DNA of 64,000 bases from an uncultured delta proteobacterium (GTDB lineage: Bacteria; Desulfobacterota; RBG-13-43-22). The DNA is taken from NCBI GenBank assembly GCA_963743305.1, contig CAVUPH010000022.1:53545-117544 (forward strand), written 5' to 3'. The position numbers were made by a program, and so were the translations under genes. This document shows, in pieces, positions 18,394-30,856 of this stretch. Every line of letters starts with the position of its first letter. Positions within the stretch are counted from its first letter, which is position 1. A model generated the notes under the pieces. That model was not told where the DNA came from. It saw only the letters and a list, made by a program, of their open reading frames with translations, and searched no databases.

Positions 18394-18614
18394 AAGCGAC
18401 CCAACGACTCCATAATCTCGGGCAGAGCCTTTGGCTCGACCATATTACCCGTGAGCTCCTGACCCAAGGGACCCTCCGTCATTATATCGCCGAACTTTCG
18501 GTGACGGGGCTCACCTCGAACCCCACGGTCTTCGATCAGGCCATCAAAAATAATGACTTCTACGATGAGACCATCCGCCGCGTCCAAGATCAGCGCGCTC
18601 GGGAAGCCGACTAA
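18390..18614 (+). pseudogene. tal: Transaldolase with a large internal deletion
   Basis: GQSLWLDHITR...VTGLTSNPTVF N-terminus, only 74 aa long. An alternative frame at the end reads ASKISAL, like the Tal C-terminus. Confidence 0.85.
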
Positions 18615-18629
18615 ATCGGGAGGGAAACG

Positions 18630-20288
18630 ATGATGACCACGAAGCCCACCTCGAAATCGCGGTCCTTGACGGAGAAGTTGGCCTGGAAAGCCTTGGGAGA
18701 GCATTACCAGCGTCTTCGCCAAGTGCATCTGCGGTCGCTTTTCGCCGATGATCCCCGACGCGGCGAGCGTCTGGCCGCCGAAGGGGCCGGCCTTTACCTG
18801 GACTATTCGAAGAATCGCGTTACCGCTGAGACGATCGGACTCCTCCTCCATCTGGCCGAGGAGTGCGGATTGCGCCGGCACCTCGAAGACATGTTCCAGG
18901 GCCGGAAGATCAATGTTACCGAGAATCGGGCCGTTCTCCACATTGCCTTGCGGGCGCCTAAGGGCGAGCAAATTCTCGTGGACGGAGTCGATGTGGTGCC
19001 CGAGGTGCACGCCGTACTCGAGCGGATGGCCGTCTTCTCAGACCAAGTCCGCAGCGGTCAGTGGCGGGGATACAGTGGAAAGCGCATCCGCAACGTCATC
19101 AACATCGGCATCGGTGGCTCCGATCTGGGCCCGGTCATGGCCTATGAGGCGCTAAAACACTATAGTCAGCGAGACCTGACCTTCCGTTTCGTCTCGAACG
19201 CGGACAGCACCGACTTCGTAGAAGCCACCCGCGACCTGGACCCCGAAGAAACGCTTTTTATTATCTCTTCGAAGACCTTCACCACCCTGGAAACGATGAC
19301 CAACGCCCACACGGCCCGTAGTTGGGCGCTGAAAGCGCTGCACCGGGAAGAGGCTGTGGCCCGGCATTTCGTGGCGGTCTCCACCAACGCCGAGGCGGTG
19401 GCGAAGTTCGGCATCGACACCGCGAACAGGTTCGGATTCTGGGACTGGGTCGGCGGCCGCTATTCTATGGAGTCAGCCATCGGTCTTTCAACCCTGATAG
19501 CCATCGGCCCCGAAAATTTTCGGGCCCTGTTGGCCGGCTTTCGCTCGATGGACGAACACTTCCGGACCGCTCCCTTCGAGAAGAACCTGCCCGTCATCCT
19601 GGGGCTTCTCTCCGTCTGGTACAGTAACTTCTTTGCCGCGCCGACGGTTGCGGTCCTGCCTTACGCGCACTATCTCAAACGCTTCCCGGCCTATCTCCAG
19701 CAATTGACCATGGAGAGTAACGGCAAGCACGTCACGCAGGACGGCGCGGTCGTCACCTATCAAACGGGACCTATCTATTGGGGCGAGCCGGGCACCAACG
19801 GCCAGCACTCCTTCTACCAGCTCATCCACCAGGGAACCAGACTGATTCCTTGCGATTTCATCGGCTTCTGCCGGACGTTGAACCCGCTGGGTACTCATCA
19901 CGACCTGTTGATGGCCAACCTTTTTGCTCAGACGGAGGCGCTGGCCTTTGGGAAGACCGGGGACCAGCTTAAGGCCGAGGGAACTCCGGACTGGCTGGTA
20001 CCGCATCGTGTCTGCGAAGGCAATCGTCCGACGAACACTATTCTGGCGGAGCGGCTGACGCCGGAGACGCTCGGCCAATTGATCGCGCTTTATGAGCACG
20101 CGGTCTTCACCCAAGGGGTTATCTGGCACATCGATTCCTTTGACCAGTGGGGCGTCGAGCTCGGGAAGGTCCTGGCGCAGCGCATTTATCCCGAGCTGGA
20201 GGGTGCCGGAAAACCGAAACTTCAGCATGACAGTTCGACCAATGCCCTCATCCGGCGCTACCGGGGGTTCAACGGCGGCCAATCATGA
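18630..20288 (+). CDS. pgi: Glucose-6-phosphate isomerase
   Basis: [44 protein letters not shown] and [11 protein letters not shown]. Confidence 0.98.
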   Translation: MMTTKPTSKSRSLTEKLAWKALGEHYQRLRQVHLRSLFADDPRRGERLAAEGAGLYLDYSKNRVTAETIGLLLHLAEECGLRRHLEDMFQGRKINVTENRAVLHIALRAPKGEQILVDGVDVVPEVHAVLERMAVFSDQVRSGQWRGYSGKRIRNVINIGIGGSDLGPVMAYEALKHYSQRDLTFRFVSNADSTDFVEATRDLDPEETLFIISSKTFTTLETMTNAHTARSWALKALHREEAVARHFVAVSTNAEAVAKFGIDTANRFGFWDWVGGRYSMESAIGLSTLIAIGPENFRALLAGFRSMDEHFRTAPFEKNLPVILGLLSVWYSNFFAAPTVAVLPYAHYLKRFPAYLQQLTMESNGKHVTQDGAVVTYQTGPIYWGEPGTNGQHSFYQLIHQGTRLIPCDFIGFCRTLNPLGTHHDLLMANLFAQTEALAFGKTGDQLKAEGTPDWLVPHRVCEGNRPTNTILAERLTPETLGQLIALYEHAVFTQGVIWHIDSFDQWGVELGKVLAQRIYPELEGAGKPKLQHDSSTNALIRRYRGFNGGQS

Positions 20289-21510
20289 AAAAGAGCCCTC
20301 TGGCCGGAAAGCCGGCTGAACCGGCCATGCTGGTTAACGTGCCCAAACTGATTACGGCCTATTATACCGACGTCCCTGATCCTTCGGTGCCGGAGCAACG
20401 GGTGGCCTTCGGCACTTCGGGGCATCGCGGCTCGTCCTTTCAGAAAGCTTTCAATGAAGGGCATATTCTCGCCATCAGTCAGGCCATTTGCCTGCACCGC
20501 GGGCAGCAGAAGATCGATGGCCCGCTGTTTCTCGGCATGGACACCCATGCCCTTTCCGTGCCGGCCCTGGCCAGCGCCCTGGAGGTGCTGGCGGCCAACG
20601 GGGTGGAAGTCATGGTAGCCGGAAAAGATGAATATACGCCGACCCCGGTCATATCCCATGCCATTCTCACCTATAACCAAGGTCGCCGGACCGGTTTGGC
20701 CGACGGGATTGTTATTACCCCTTCGCATAATCCGCCCCCTGATGGCGGCTTCAAGTACAACCCGCCCAACGGCGGACCGGCGGAACGCGCCGTCACCGAC
20801 TGGATCGAAGCGAAGTCCAACGCCTTTCTGGAGAGCGGCCTGCGGGGGGTGAAGCGAATTTCCTTCGAAAAAGCCCTGCGCGCCTCCACTACGCACCGTC
20901 ACGACTACCTTAATACCTACGTTAGCGATCTGGGGCAGATCATCGACCTGGACGCCGTTCGCGACGCGAAGATCAGTCTGGGGGTGGATCCGCTCGGCGG
21001 CGCCGGGGTCCATTACTGGGCGCCGATCGCCGAACGCTACGGGTTGAACCTCACGGTGGTCAACGAGGCCGTCGACCCGACTTTCCGTTTTATGACGGTG
21101 GATTGGGACGGCCAGATCCGCATGGACCCATCCTCGCCTGACGCCATGCAGCGGTTAATCGGTCTGAAGGATCGCTTCGAAATCGCCTTCGCCTGCGATA
21201 CCGATCACGACCGGCACGGGATTGTCACCCGGAGCGCGGGACTGCTGCCGCCCAACCACTACCTGGCGGTTGCCATCTTCTACCTTTTTCAACACCGACC
21301 GAAATGGCCCGCGAAAGCGGCGGTGGGCAAGACGGTGGTGAGCAGCCAAATGATAGATCGCGTTACGGCGAAGCTGGGCGGAAGCTCTACGAGTGCCGGG
21401 GCTTCAAGTGGTTCGTGGAGGACCTGCTCGACAGCTCGCTGGGTTTCGGCGGCGAGGAGAGCGCGGGGGCGTCGTTCGTCCGTCGAGACGGCCGCGTCTG
21501 GACGACGCTT
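20285..21510 (+). pseudogene. pgm: Phosphoglucomutase (alpha-D-glucose-1,6-bisphosphate dependent), frameshifted near 21380 and 3'-truncated
   Basis: FGTSGHRG, ITPSHNPP and [10 protein letters not shown] second frame gives GFKWFV...[11 protein letters not shown]...VWTT, then unrelated sequence where DKDG is expected. Confidence 0.88.
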
Positions 21511-21599
21511 AGAAAAGAATATTGGCAAGCGATAAATGAAAAATTAATACATATTAGATTTTATTGTAAAGAATCAAAACTCAAAACGATTATCGGACA

Positions 21600-22846
21600 G
21601 GCAACAAAAGAATTCAGAGCAGGATCTGATCCAAGGACTCCAGGTGCATCAGATCGAACTGGAGATGCAAAATGAAGAACTGCGCCGGACCCAGACGGAG
21701 CTGGAAGCTTCGCGGGCCCGCTATTTTGATCTCACAATACGGCGCCGTGGGCTATATCACCCTCAGTGAAAAAGGGTTGATCAAGGAGGCCAATCTCACT
21801 GTTGCCACCATGTTGGGGGTGGAGAGAAGCGAATTGGTCAACCAGCCATTGTCCCGCTTTATCCTCCCCGAGGACCAGGACCTCTACTATCTCCATCAAA
21901 ATCGACTTCTTGAAGCCCCTCGGCCGGCTCAGGACAAGCCGGTGCAACGCAGGTGTGGGAAATGCGGCTGATTAAAAAAGATGGCGTCCCTTTCTGGACG
22001 CGGGCTGGAAGTTGGCGCCGTTCAACAAGGCTATGACTTTGATGGGCCGTTGTGGCGCGTCATATCAAGCGACATCACCGAGCTCCAGCAGGTGGTAGCG
22101 GCGCTCCTGGAATCCGAAAAGGGACTTCGGAAATTGAACGAGCGGATTCTGAATATGGTCATGATCCTGTCTCATGATGTCAGGGGGCCGCTGATCTCCA
22201 TCATATCCATCTTGAAACTCCTGTTTCGAGGCTCCTTCGGAAAGCTGGATCAAAATCTGGCCAACACCGTCAAGGACCTTTTGTCCCGCTGCCTGCGCCT
22301 GCTGGGGACTGCGGAAGATTATATAGGGAAAGCCTCCATCGTCGACGGCTCAGTGAAGATGGAACGAGAGGTCTTGGACCTGAGACAGGATATCATTGAT
22401 ACTGTTCTGGAGGAACTGGCTGACGATATCGCTAAGCATGAGATCGTAATCGATAATCGTTTAGGAACCATTCCCGCTGGATCTATTGCCATCAGTGCCA
22501 GCAAGACCTGGCTCAAAGCCGTCTATCGAAACCTATTCACCAATGCCATCAAGTATGGCGGAAGGGGTGTACTATCTCTTTTGGTTTTGAGCCTCATGAA
22601 TCGCATTACCGTCTGAACGTCTACAACAGCGGAAATCCGGTTCCGGAACCCGATCGTGGGAAGCTGTTCTCTCGGTTTGAACGGATCGAAAGCGAGGGAA
22701 GACCATTCCGGGAGGGTGTCGGTCTTGGGTTGAGCCTCTGTCAGGAAATCATCCTCGATCACGGCGGAGAGATATGGTATGAAGCCCTGCCCGACGGTTC
22801 GAACTTTGTATTTACCATTTCCAAGGAAGAGGTGGTTAAGAGGTAA
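21600..22846 (+). pseudogene. PAS sensor histidine kinase with multiple frameshifts
   Basis: Fragments [53 protein letters not shown] and GVGLGLSLCQEIILDHGGEIW lie in different frames. Confidence 0.8.
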
Positions 22847-22978
22847 TTAATAACTAAGCGATATGCCCAGTTTTAGCGCGGTACAGAATTATGAAAAAGT
22901 TATTTTATAAGCAGTAAAGTATCCTAGATGGTAATTTAATATATTTGGTTTCGGATTGTCCGGGGGAGGGAAGAGAAA

Positions 22979-23720
22979 ATGCAATCCAGTGTAAAAGATC
23001 TGAAAGGCTACGCATCGGCGCGACGGATGGTGATATTGGAAAGTTGGATGATTTCTATTTGACGACGAATTCTGGACCATCCGATATCTGGTGACCGAAA
23101 CCGGTAATTGGCTTCTAACTGAAAGGGCTGATCTCGCCCTTCGCGATCATCAAAGCGGATTTAGCAAAGGAGCGGCTCAATGTGACGCTGACAAAGAAGC
23201 AAGTAACTGAGAGCCCCAGCATTGATACTGACAAGCCGGTTTCCCGGCAGCACGAGGCATATTACCACGACACACTGTTATTCCTATTATTGTAATGGTC
23301 TTATTTGTGGGTCCCACGTTCGATCCTCAGATACAAGTCGCCGTTCAAAAACGGATTGAAGAGCGTCGGAGAAGCGAGAAAAAGCAAGCGACTTGCACCT
23401 GCGCAGCGTTAATAAGTGACCGGCTATCATATCGAGGTGACCGATGGCGTCATCGGTCATGTCCAAGACTTTATCATTGACCTTGAAACATGGGAATTCG
23501 TTATCTGGTTGTGGATACGCAGAATTGGTGGCCGGGCAGGAAGGTGCTGGTCGCGCCACGGTGGCTCGACCGGGTGAGCTGGAACGATTCCAAGGTATAG
23601 AAGCGTATTCCGGAAGGCGATTAAGAACGCACCAAGTATTATTCTGTAGCTCTCAACCGGGAGTACGAGGAGAAGCTTTACGATCACTACAAACGGCCGA
23701 AATATTGGGACATTTGAGTT
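22979..23720 (+). pseudogene. Degraded tandem PRC-barrel protein (paralog of 27368)
   Basis: FYFDDEFWTIRYLV, SPSIDTDKPVSRQHE, IGHVQDFIID and NWWPGRKVLV occur across frames, with indels and an in-frame stop. Confidence 0.8.
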
Positions 23721-24004
23721 GACCATTAAAACCATCACAGGAAAGTGATAAAAATAGACCAAGTTCCCGAATTTGGATTTGGTCTACAAATGCGATTGAT
23801 TGTTTTTGTGGATAATAAAGAGATACTGCCGGTTTACCTGGGCCCGTCTACTACCTTATAGGCCCTTGGCAAGCAAAACATTTTAGATTTGTCTTTTCCT
23901 TAAATTAGGCCCCAATACCCAGCGGTAGTCGGGGGCTTAGGGCTATCCACGGAGATAAGGTGGTGTCAAAATGAGCAAAAGCAGAGGAGCCGTGAAGGAG
24001 AAAC

Positions 24005-24190
24005 ATGAGTAAACAAAACGGCCGGCTACGAACACAGCCTCGCCTATGATGTCGAAGGATTCGATTCCTGGCGAATTGCTCTACAATGCGCGGTCATGGA
24101 ATCATGCTCTATGAAGTCTGGCGCAACTGGATCCCGCGCTTTGGGAGTTATTCAAAACCTTTTGGGTGTCCTCCAGACGGTCCGAGACTA
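24005..24190 (+). pseudogene. glgP: Alpha-glucan (glycogen) phosphorylase N-terminal remnant
   Basis: With indels the DNA reads DVEGFDSL..SWNHA..EVW.QLDPALWEL.QN...VLQTV, the GlgP N-terminal signature. It ends after about 60 codons. Confidence 0.65.
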
Positions 24191-24262
24191 TGTAATGTGT
24201 TGATTTATTTTCTTTTCTGATTACCAAGAGGCATTAACATCCAGAGGGGAGGTGTCATTGTT

Positions 24263-24820
24263 ATGTTGAAAGGTGTGCTTTGGGGAGTCGCATTAACGCT
24301 CGCCGTTACGCTGATCGGCGCTTACTTTTTGGTGGGAAGCGGGCTCATTCCGGCCAATGCCGATGCAAAACCCGGTTGGCTGGAAACCTGGATGGCCCGC
24401 ACTTCGCTAGAGGCGACACTGCGTCGCGAAGCCCCCAAGGGCCAAAATCCGGTGTCGCTGAACGAGCAGAATCTCCTCAATGGAGTTCATCTTTTCGCGC
24501 AGAACTGCGCGGTTTGCCATGGTTCCGCAAAGGGAACGGCGTCGCTATCGCCGCTAGCGAAGGGTCTTTATCAAAAACCGCCGCAATTGGCGACCGATGG
24601 GGTGGAGGACGACCCGGAAGGTGTTTCGTTCTGGAAGATCAAGCACGGTATTCGTCTGACGGGTATGCCTTCGTTCGGGTCCTCCCTCAGTGACCGGCAG
24701 ATCTGGACGTTGGCGCTTTTTCTGAAACACATGGACAAGCTGCCGCCCGCGGTTCAGCAGATTTGGCAGCAAGTCCAGAATTGGCCGATGGCGTCCGTGA
24801 ACCAGACGGTTCAGAAATAA
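24263..24820 (+). CDS. Membrane-anchored mono-heme cytochrome c
   Basis: N-terminal TM, CAVCH and FWKIKHGIRLTGMPSF (distal Met). Confidence 0.9.
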   Translation: MLKGVLWGVALTLAVTLIGAYFLVGSGLIPANADAKPGWLETWMARTSLEATLRREAPKGQNPVSLNEQNLLNGVHLFAQNCAVCHGSAKGTASLSPLAKGLYQKPPQLATDGVEDDPEGVSFWKIKHGIRLTGMPSFGSSLSDRQIWTLALFLKHMDKLPPAVQQIWQQVQNWPMASVNQTVQK

Positions 24821-24884
24821 CCTTTTCGACGCCTCCTGCGGTGAATCCCGAGTGATGGCTCACGTACGCCGTAAACACTTGCCA

Positions 24885-24975
24885 GTCAGCAATTCGGGCT
24901 TTTACCGGTGCGGGCTTCACCATGGCCGTTACGGCGGTCATCGGGCTCTTGCCTGGACTTCTCGTGGTGGGCTGA
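24885..24975 (+). pseudogene. Possible 3' remnant of a VIT1/CCC1-family transporter
   Basis: AIRAFTGAGFTMAVTAVIGLLPGLLVVG* resembles the last VIT TM helix. Short match. Confidence 0.35.
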
Positions 24976-24976
24976 C

Positions 24977-25942
24977 ATGACAGTGGGTCGACCAAAAACT
25001 CTCGCCCGTTGGGTTTCGTGGTTCTTTGGACTGGGCCTTCTGGTCGGTGTGGTGCTGTTGGCGACACATTACAGCCAGGAGATGGCCTTCGCCCAACTCC
25101 TGCTCCAAGTTCGGCCTGCTTGGCTGCTCATCGCCTTCTTGTTCCAGGGGGGAACTTACCTAACGGACGCCCTGATCTGGCAACGAGTCCTTAACCACGC
25201 GAATATATTGAGGCCGCTCCGTTCCTATGTCGGTTTGGCGCTGGCGAAGCTCTTCATGGACCAGGCCATTCCTAGCGTTGGCCTGAGCGGCACGTTGCTG
25301 GTCATCCGGGCCCTGGACCGCCGCGGCGTGCCGAGAGGCGCCAGCATGGCCGCGGTCGTCATCGATCTCGTGAGCTACTACACCGCCTACGTTCTGGCTC
25401 TGGGTATCGCCCTCGGCATCGTTTGGGCACACGGAGACCTCACCCCGTTGATGGCCTTGCCGGCGGGCGTTTTCGCGCCCTTGGCAGCAGCCGTTCCCAT
25501 AGCCCTCCTGTGGGTGAGCCGCGGCCGGACGCTGCCCGGTTGGCTCGAACGGTTACCTTTTATCCGGCCGGCACTTCAAGCGCTTGGTGAGGCGACGCCT
25601 GCCATTGCGCACGATGTCTCGCTCATTACGCGCTGCACTGGCCTCCAGCTCGCGATCATCGCGCTCGATGCGGGGACACTCTGGGTCATGCTGTGGGCCC
25701 TCGGCCTTGAGGTCGATCCAGCGCCGGTCTTTGCGAGTTTCATGCTCTCGACGCTGGCGCGGACGCTGGGAGTGGTTCCTGGAGGGCTTGGGGTTTTCGA
25801 GGCCGTCTCCGTGACCACGCTCAAGCTCATCGGAGTGCCGGTCGCCGCCGGTCTCGCGGCGACACTCCTCTTCCGTTTCTTCACCTTCTGGCTGCCCATG
25901 GCGCCCGGACTGATCCTCGCGCGACGTGAGGCGAGGGCCTGA
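24977..25942 (+). CDS. Lysylphosphatidylglycerol-synthase TM (flippase-like, UPF0104) domain protein
   Basis: Multi-TM protein with FMDQAIPSVGLSG, VPGGLGVFEA and AATLLFRFFTFWLP. Confidence 0.85.
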   Translation: MTVGRPKTLARWVSWFFGLGLLVGVVLLATHYSQEMAFAQLLLQVRPAWLLIAFLFQGGTYLTDALIWQRVLNHANILRPLRSYVGLALAKLFMDQAIPSVGLSGTLLVIRALDRRGVPRGASMAAVVIDLVSYYTAYVLALGIALGIVWAHGDLTPLMALPAGVFAPLAAAVPIALLWVSRGRTLPGWLERLPFIRPALQALGEATPAIAHDVSLITRCTGLQLAIIALDAGTLWVMLWALGLEVDPAPVFASFMLSTLARTLGVVPGGLGVFEAVSVTTLKLIGVPVAAGLAATLLFRFFTFWLPMAPGLILARREARA

Positions 25943-26051
25943 TGACGACCGCACTTTATTGGTGCGTGCCGTTGCCTGCGTTGGAGAGGAGATGCCAGGC
26001 CGAGCGCGGTACCGGCTTTTTTCGAATGGCAAAATGACGAAAAGAGGCATC

Positions 26052-27284
26052 ATGAAACCAGATAACCCACGCATCCTGACGATCAATGGCGGCTCGTCGA
26101 GCATCAAATTCGCGCTGTTTAAGGCCGGCGGTCCGCTCCGGCGGATTCTGCAGGGCGGGCTTGAGCGGATTGGACTGCCGGAGGCCATCTTGGGGGTGAA
26201 AGGTTTGAATCCGGCGGACAACTTTTCGCGGCCGGTGACGGCGCCGGATTACACGACGGCGGTGGGCATTCTGATGGATTGGATCGAGGACCGCAGCGGG
26301 CGTGAGGTCTTGATCGCGGTGGGGCATCGCGTGGTGCATGGCGGGCCAAAGTATAGCCAGCCGCAACGAATCACAACGGAAATGGTGGAGGAGCTTCACC
26401 GGCTCAGTCCATTCGATCCTGAGCATCTGCCGGGGGAGATTCTGTTGACCGAAGCCTTTCAGCGCCGATTACCCGATCTGCCCCAAGTGGCCTGTTTCGA
26501 CACGGCTTTTCACCATGACCTGCCCCGTATCGCCAGGATCTTGCCGATCCCGAGACGATACGAAGCGCAGGGAGTGCGGCGGTACGGGTTTCACGGGTTG
26601 TCGTATGCCTTTCTGATGGAAGAACTGGCCCGCCTGACCGGATCGGAAGCGGCCCAAGGGCGAATCATCCTCGCTCATCTCGGGAATGGCGCGAGCCTGG
26701 CCGCGGTGTCTGGTGGGAAAAGCATCGACACCAGCATGGCCTTCACGCCTGCAGCGGGTCTGGTGATGAGCACCCGCTCCGGTGATTTGGACCCGGGACT
26801 GATGTCGTTTATGGCGCGAAGCGAACAGATGTCAGCGGACCAATTTGACCGGATGGTTAACCACGAATCGGGGCTGCTCGGAGTTTCGGAGACCAGCCCC
26901 GACCTGCGCGACTTGCTCGACCTTGAAACGGTAGACGTCCGAGCTGCGGAAGCGGTCGCGTTGTTCTGCTACCAGGTAAAAAAGTGGATCGGTGCGTTCG
27001 CGGCGGCGCTGGGCGGACTGGATACGCTCGTCTTCGCCGGAGGCATCGGCGAAAACGCGCCACTCATCCGCGCCCGCATCTGTGAGGGACTGGGCTTCCT
27101 CGGCATCGAACTGGATGAGGCGCGCAATGTGGAGGGGGCGGGCGTGATTTCCACGGACGCCAGGCGGGCCACGGTTCGCGTCATTCATACGGACGAGGAA
27201 GTGATGATTGCGCGCTCGGTGCGCCGCGTTTTGGGACTTGGCCCGGACATTGAAAAAGAAAATTCCGAACAGGCGGCGAAATAG
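26052..27284 (+). CDS. ackA: Acetate/propionate kinase
   Basis: ILTINGGSSSIKF, GHRVVHGG, FDTAFH, RRYGFHGLSY, HLGNGAS, FAGGIGEN and TDEE. Confidence 0.96.
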   Translation: MKPDNPRILTINGGSSSIKFALFKAGGPLRRILQGGLERIGLPEAILGVKGLNPADNFSRPVTAPDYTTAVGILMDWIEDRSGREVLIAVGHRVVHGGPKYSQPQRITTEMVEELHRLSPFDPEHLPGEILLTEAFQRRLPDLPQVACFDTAFHHDLPRIARILPIPRRYEAQGVRRYGFHGLSYAFLMEELARLTGSEAAQGRIILAHLGNGASLAAVSGGKSIDTSMAFTPAAGLVMSTRSGDLDPGLMSFMARSEQMSADQFDRMVNHESGLLGVSETSPDLRDLLDLETVDVRAAEAVALFCYQVKKWIGAFAAALGGLDTLVFAGGIGENAPLIRARICEGLGFLGIELDEARNVEGAGVISTDARRATVRVIHTDEEVMIARSVRRVLGLGPDIEKENSEQAAK

Positions 27285-27367
27285 ATCTCTGGGCTGGATC
27301 CGTTTCCGGGAGGCGGTGTCCCCAGAGCGAAGAAAAACGAAAGGCAAAGAATGAAAGGAGTACGGTT

Positions 27368-28123
27368 ATGCTAATCAAAGCCAAAACACTAAAGGGTTAC
27401 AAATTGAAGAGTCTTGATGGGGAAATAGGGAAGGTCAATGAATTCTACTTCGATGACCATCACTGGACAATTCGCTATCTGGTCGCCGACACGGGGAGGA
27501 GCTGGCTCTTGGACAAGCAGGTGCTGATTTCCCCTTATGCGCTGGTCGCCGTGAACCAAGAAGAGCGGCACCTATCCATCGATTTGACTAAAAAGCAGAT
27601 CGAGGACAGTCCCTCCTTGAATAGTGACAAACCCGTTTCGCGACAGTTCGAGGAGGCCTACTACCGATATTATGGATGGCCGATGTATTGGAACGGCCCA
27701 AACATGTGGGGGTCTTATCCCTACCTTGAGCGGGACCCTGAAAAATGGAGAGCCTCCACCCCGGCGGATAAGGCAGCAGGGGATCCCCATTTGCGCAGCA
27801 CTCAGGATGTGAGCGGCCATTACCTCCAAGCCGTGGACGGCGAAATTGGCCACGTCGAGGATTTTATTATCGATGACGATACCTGGGCGATCCGTTACCT
27901 GATCATCGATACCCGGAACTGGTGGCCGGGGAAAAAGGTCCTGGTTTCACCGCAGTGGATCGAGCGCATTAGTTGGCGGGAATCGAAAGTCTTTATCAAT
28001 CTTACCCGCGAGATCATCAAGCAGTCTCCGGAATACACGGAGGAGTCTCTGCTGACCCGGGATTATGAAACCGATCTGCATCGACATTACAATCGCAAGG
28101 ATACTGGGTCGATGAACCGGTAG
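27368..28123 (+). CDS. Tandem PRC-barrel domain protein
   Basis: Two DGEIG.V..F..DD..W.IRYL..DT repeats; SD AAGGAG. Confidence 0.9.
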   Translation: MLIKAKTLKGYKLKSLDGEIGKVNEFYFDDHHWTIRYLVADTGRSWLLDKQVLISPYALVAVNQEERHLSIDLTKKQIEDSPSLNSDKPVSRQFEEAYYRYYGWPMYWNGPNMWGSYPYLERDPEKWRASTPADKAAGDPHLRSTQDVSGHYLQAVDGEIGHVEDFIIDDDTWAIRYLIIDTRNWWPGKKVLVSPQWIERISWRESKVFINLTREIIKQSPEYTEESLLTRDYETDLHRHYNRKDTGSMNR

Positions 28124-28144
28124 CCATTGAAAAGGAACCTGATC

Positions 28145-30616
28145 ATGAAAACAAAAAAGGGGCCTGAAAGGAGCATTGGTATGAAGGTGAAAAATGGGGT
28201 TAAGGAGAACATCGCCGTGGAAACGGAGAAGAGGAATAAAACGGACAAGCCGTTGTCGCCCGATCTGCTGCGAAAGATGAACGCCTACTGGCGCGCCGCC
28301 AACTATCTATCGGTCGGCCAGATTTATCTTTACGACAATCCGTTGCTGAAGCAGCCGCTGAAACTGTCGCACGTCAAGCCGCTGGTGGTCGGACACTGGG
28401 GCACGACGCCGGGTCAGAACTTCATCTACGTGCACCTGAACCGGGTCATCAAGAAGTATGACCTCAATATGATTTACATTGCCGGTCCCGGTCACGGCGG
28501 CCCGGCGATTGTGGGCAACGTCTACCTCGAAGGCACCTGGAGTGAGATTTATCCGAACGTCACCCAGGATGAAGCCGGGCTGAAAAAGCTGTTCACGCAG
28601 TTCTCGTTTCCCGGCGGGATTTCCAGCCACGTTGCGCCGACCACGCCAGGCTCGATTCACGAAGGCGGCGAGCTGGGGTACTCGCTCAGCCATGCCTTCG
28701 GGGCCGCCTTCGACAATCCCGATCTGATTGTCGCCTGCGTCGTCGGCGACGGTGAAGCGGAAACGGGTCCCTTGGCGACCGCCTGGCAGTCCAACAAGTT
28801 TCTCAACCCGATCACCGACGGGGCCGTGCTGCCGATCCTGCACCTCAATGGCTACAAGATCAGCAACCCGACCGTGCTGGCCCGCATCGAGGCCTGAGGA
28901 ACTGGATCAATTTTTTCGAGGCTGCGGTTGGACGCCCTACTTTGTGGAAGGCGATGACCCGGAAAAGATGCATCAACTCATGGCCGTCATCTTGGATAAG
29001 GCCATCGAGGAGATTCGGCACATCCAAAGCCAGGCCCGGAACAAGAACGACACCACTCGGCCGCGGTGGCCCATGATCGTCCTGAGGTCACCCAAGGGCT
29101 GGACCGGACCGAAAGTCGTCGATGGCCTGCAGGTTGAAGGCACCTTTCGAGCCCACCAGGTGCCGATCCTGGTGGATCCCCAGCATCCCGATCATCTCAA
29201 GCAGCTGGAAGACTGGCTGAAGAGCTACAAGGCCGGAGGAATTATTCGACAAAAAGGGTCGACTCAGGCCGGAGCTGGCCGAGCTGGCGCCGAAAGGCGA
29301 CCGGCGGATGGGCGCCAATCCCCACGCCAACGGCGGCCTTCTGCTGCGCGACCTGCGCATGCCGGATTTCCATGCCCACGCGGTGAAGGTGCCTTCGCCC
29401 GGCGCCGTTGTCGGGCAGGATACGCTTGTGCTGGGCAGTTCCTGCGGGATGTGGTAAAACTGAACAGGATCAACGGAATTTCCGGGTCTTCGGTCCCGAC
29501 GAGACGCTCTCCAATGTCCTGGACGCGGTCTTTGAAGTGACCAAACGTCAGTGGGACGCCCGAGTCGTAAAGAATGACGAATTCCTCGCGCCGGCCGGAC
29601 GGGTGCTGGATCGATGCTCAGCGAGCACCAGTGCGAGGGTTGGCTGGAGGGTTATCTGCTCACCGGACGGCACGGGTTGTTCAATTGCTACGAGGCCTTC
29701 ATTCACATCATCGATTCGATGTTCAACCAGCACGCCAAGTGGCTGAAGGTTACCGCGGAACTTCCCTGGCGGCGGAAGATCGCCTCGCTGAACTATCTGC
29801 TGGCCTCCCACGTCTGGCAGCAGGATCATAACGGATTCACCCACCAGGATCCCGGTTTCATCGATCACGTCGTGAACAAGAAGGCCGATATCGTGCGGGT
29901 TTATCTGCCGCCGGACGCCAACTGCCTGTTGTCGGTCATGGATCACTGCCTGCGCAGCCGCCATTATGTCAATGTGGTCATCGCCGGGAAAGCACGCGCT
30001 GCCCGCAATGGTTGACGATGGACGCCGCCGTCAACCATTGCACCGAGGGCATCGGCATCTGGTCCTGGGCCAGCAACGACCAGGGCGCTTCGCCCGACGT
30101 GGTGATGGCTTGCTGTGGCGACGTGCCTACTCTGGAGACGCTCGCCGCCGTCTCCCTGATGCGCGCGCATCTGCCCGACCTGAAAATCCGGGTGATTAAT
30201 GTCGTCGATCTCATGAAGCTCCAGCCGCAAAGCGAACACCCCCATGGGTTAAGCGACATGGATTTTGACGAACTCTTTACCAAGGACAAGCCGGTCGTCT
30301 TCGCCTTCCATGGCTACCCCTGGCTGATCCACCGGCTGACCTACCGCCGTACCAATCACGCAACATTCACGTCCGCGGCTACAAGGAAGAAGGAACCATC
30401 ACCACGCCTTTCGACATGACGGTTTTGAACGATCTGGACCGCTTCCATTTGGTGATGGACACCATCGACCGTCTGCCGCAGACCGGCGACCAGGGCATCT
30501 ACTTGAAGCAGCAGTTCAAGGACAAGCTTATCGAACACAAGCAATACATCGACAAATACGGCGAGGACCTGCCGGAGATTCGGAACTGGAAGTGGGGTGC
30601 GTCCACCGCAGGCTAA
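28145..30616 (+). pseudogene. xfp: Xylulose-5-P/fructose-6-P phosphoketolase with about 7 single-base frameshifts (real decay or sequencing error)
   Basis: [74 protein letters not shown] and EIRNWKW. Full length but split over frames. Confidence 0.92.
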
Positions 30617-30856
30617 ACGACGGAATAGAGAGTTGACGGCACGCCGGGCTGTTCTCCACCGAAGCGACCTGGTTGAGTTCCCTCGGTTGTCCTCTAAGTG
30701 GGCGGGTCAGTCGAGCGAGAGCTTTGGACGGACAGGAGAAGTCCATGAACCCAGCTTTTAAACATTTTTGAAAGGAGATGATGTGCCGTGATAGATAAGG
30801 ATTAGATGGTATGGGAGCCCGATAAAAATATTTATCCAAGAAAGGAGAGCTTTAAA

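Noticed and set aside
28890-28900. TGA in xfp as selenocysteine or readthrough
   Set aside because: Homology continues in a different frame (an extra G in GAGGCCTGAG), so it is an indel rather than an in-frame stop.
30617-30740. Possible integron attC site after xfp
   Set aside because: No clear RYYYAAC/GTTRRRY pair or paired L boxes, and no integrase in the window.
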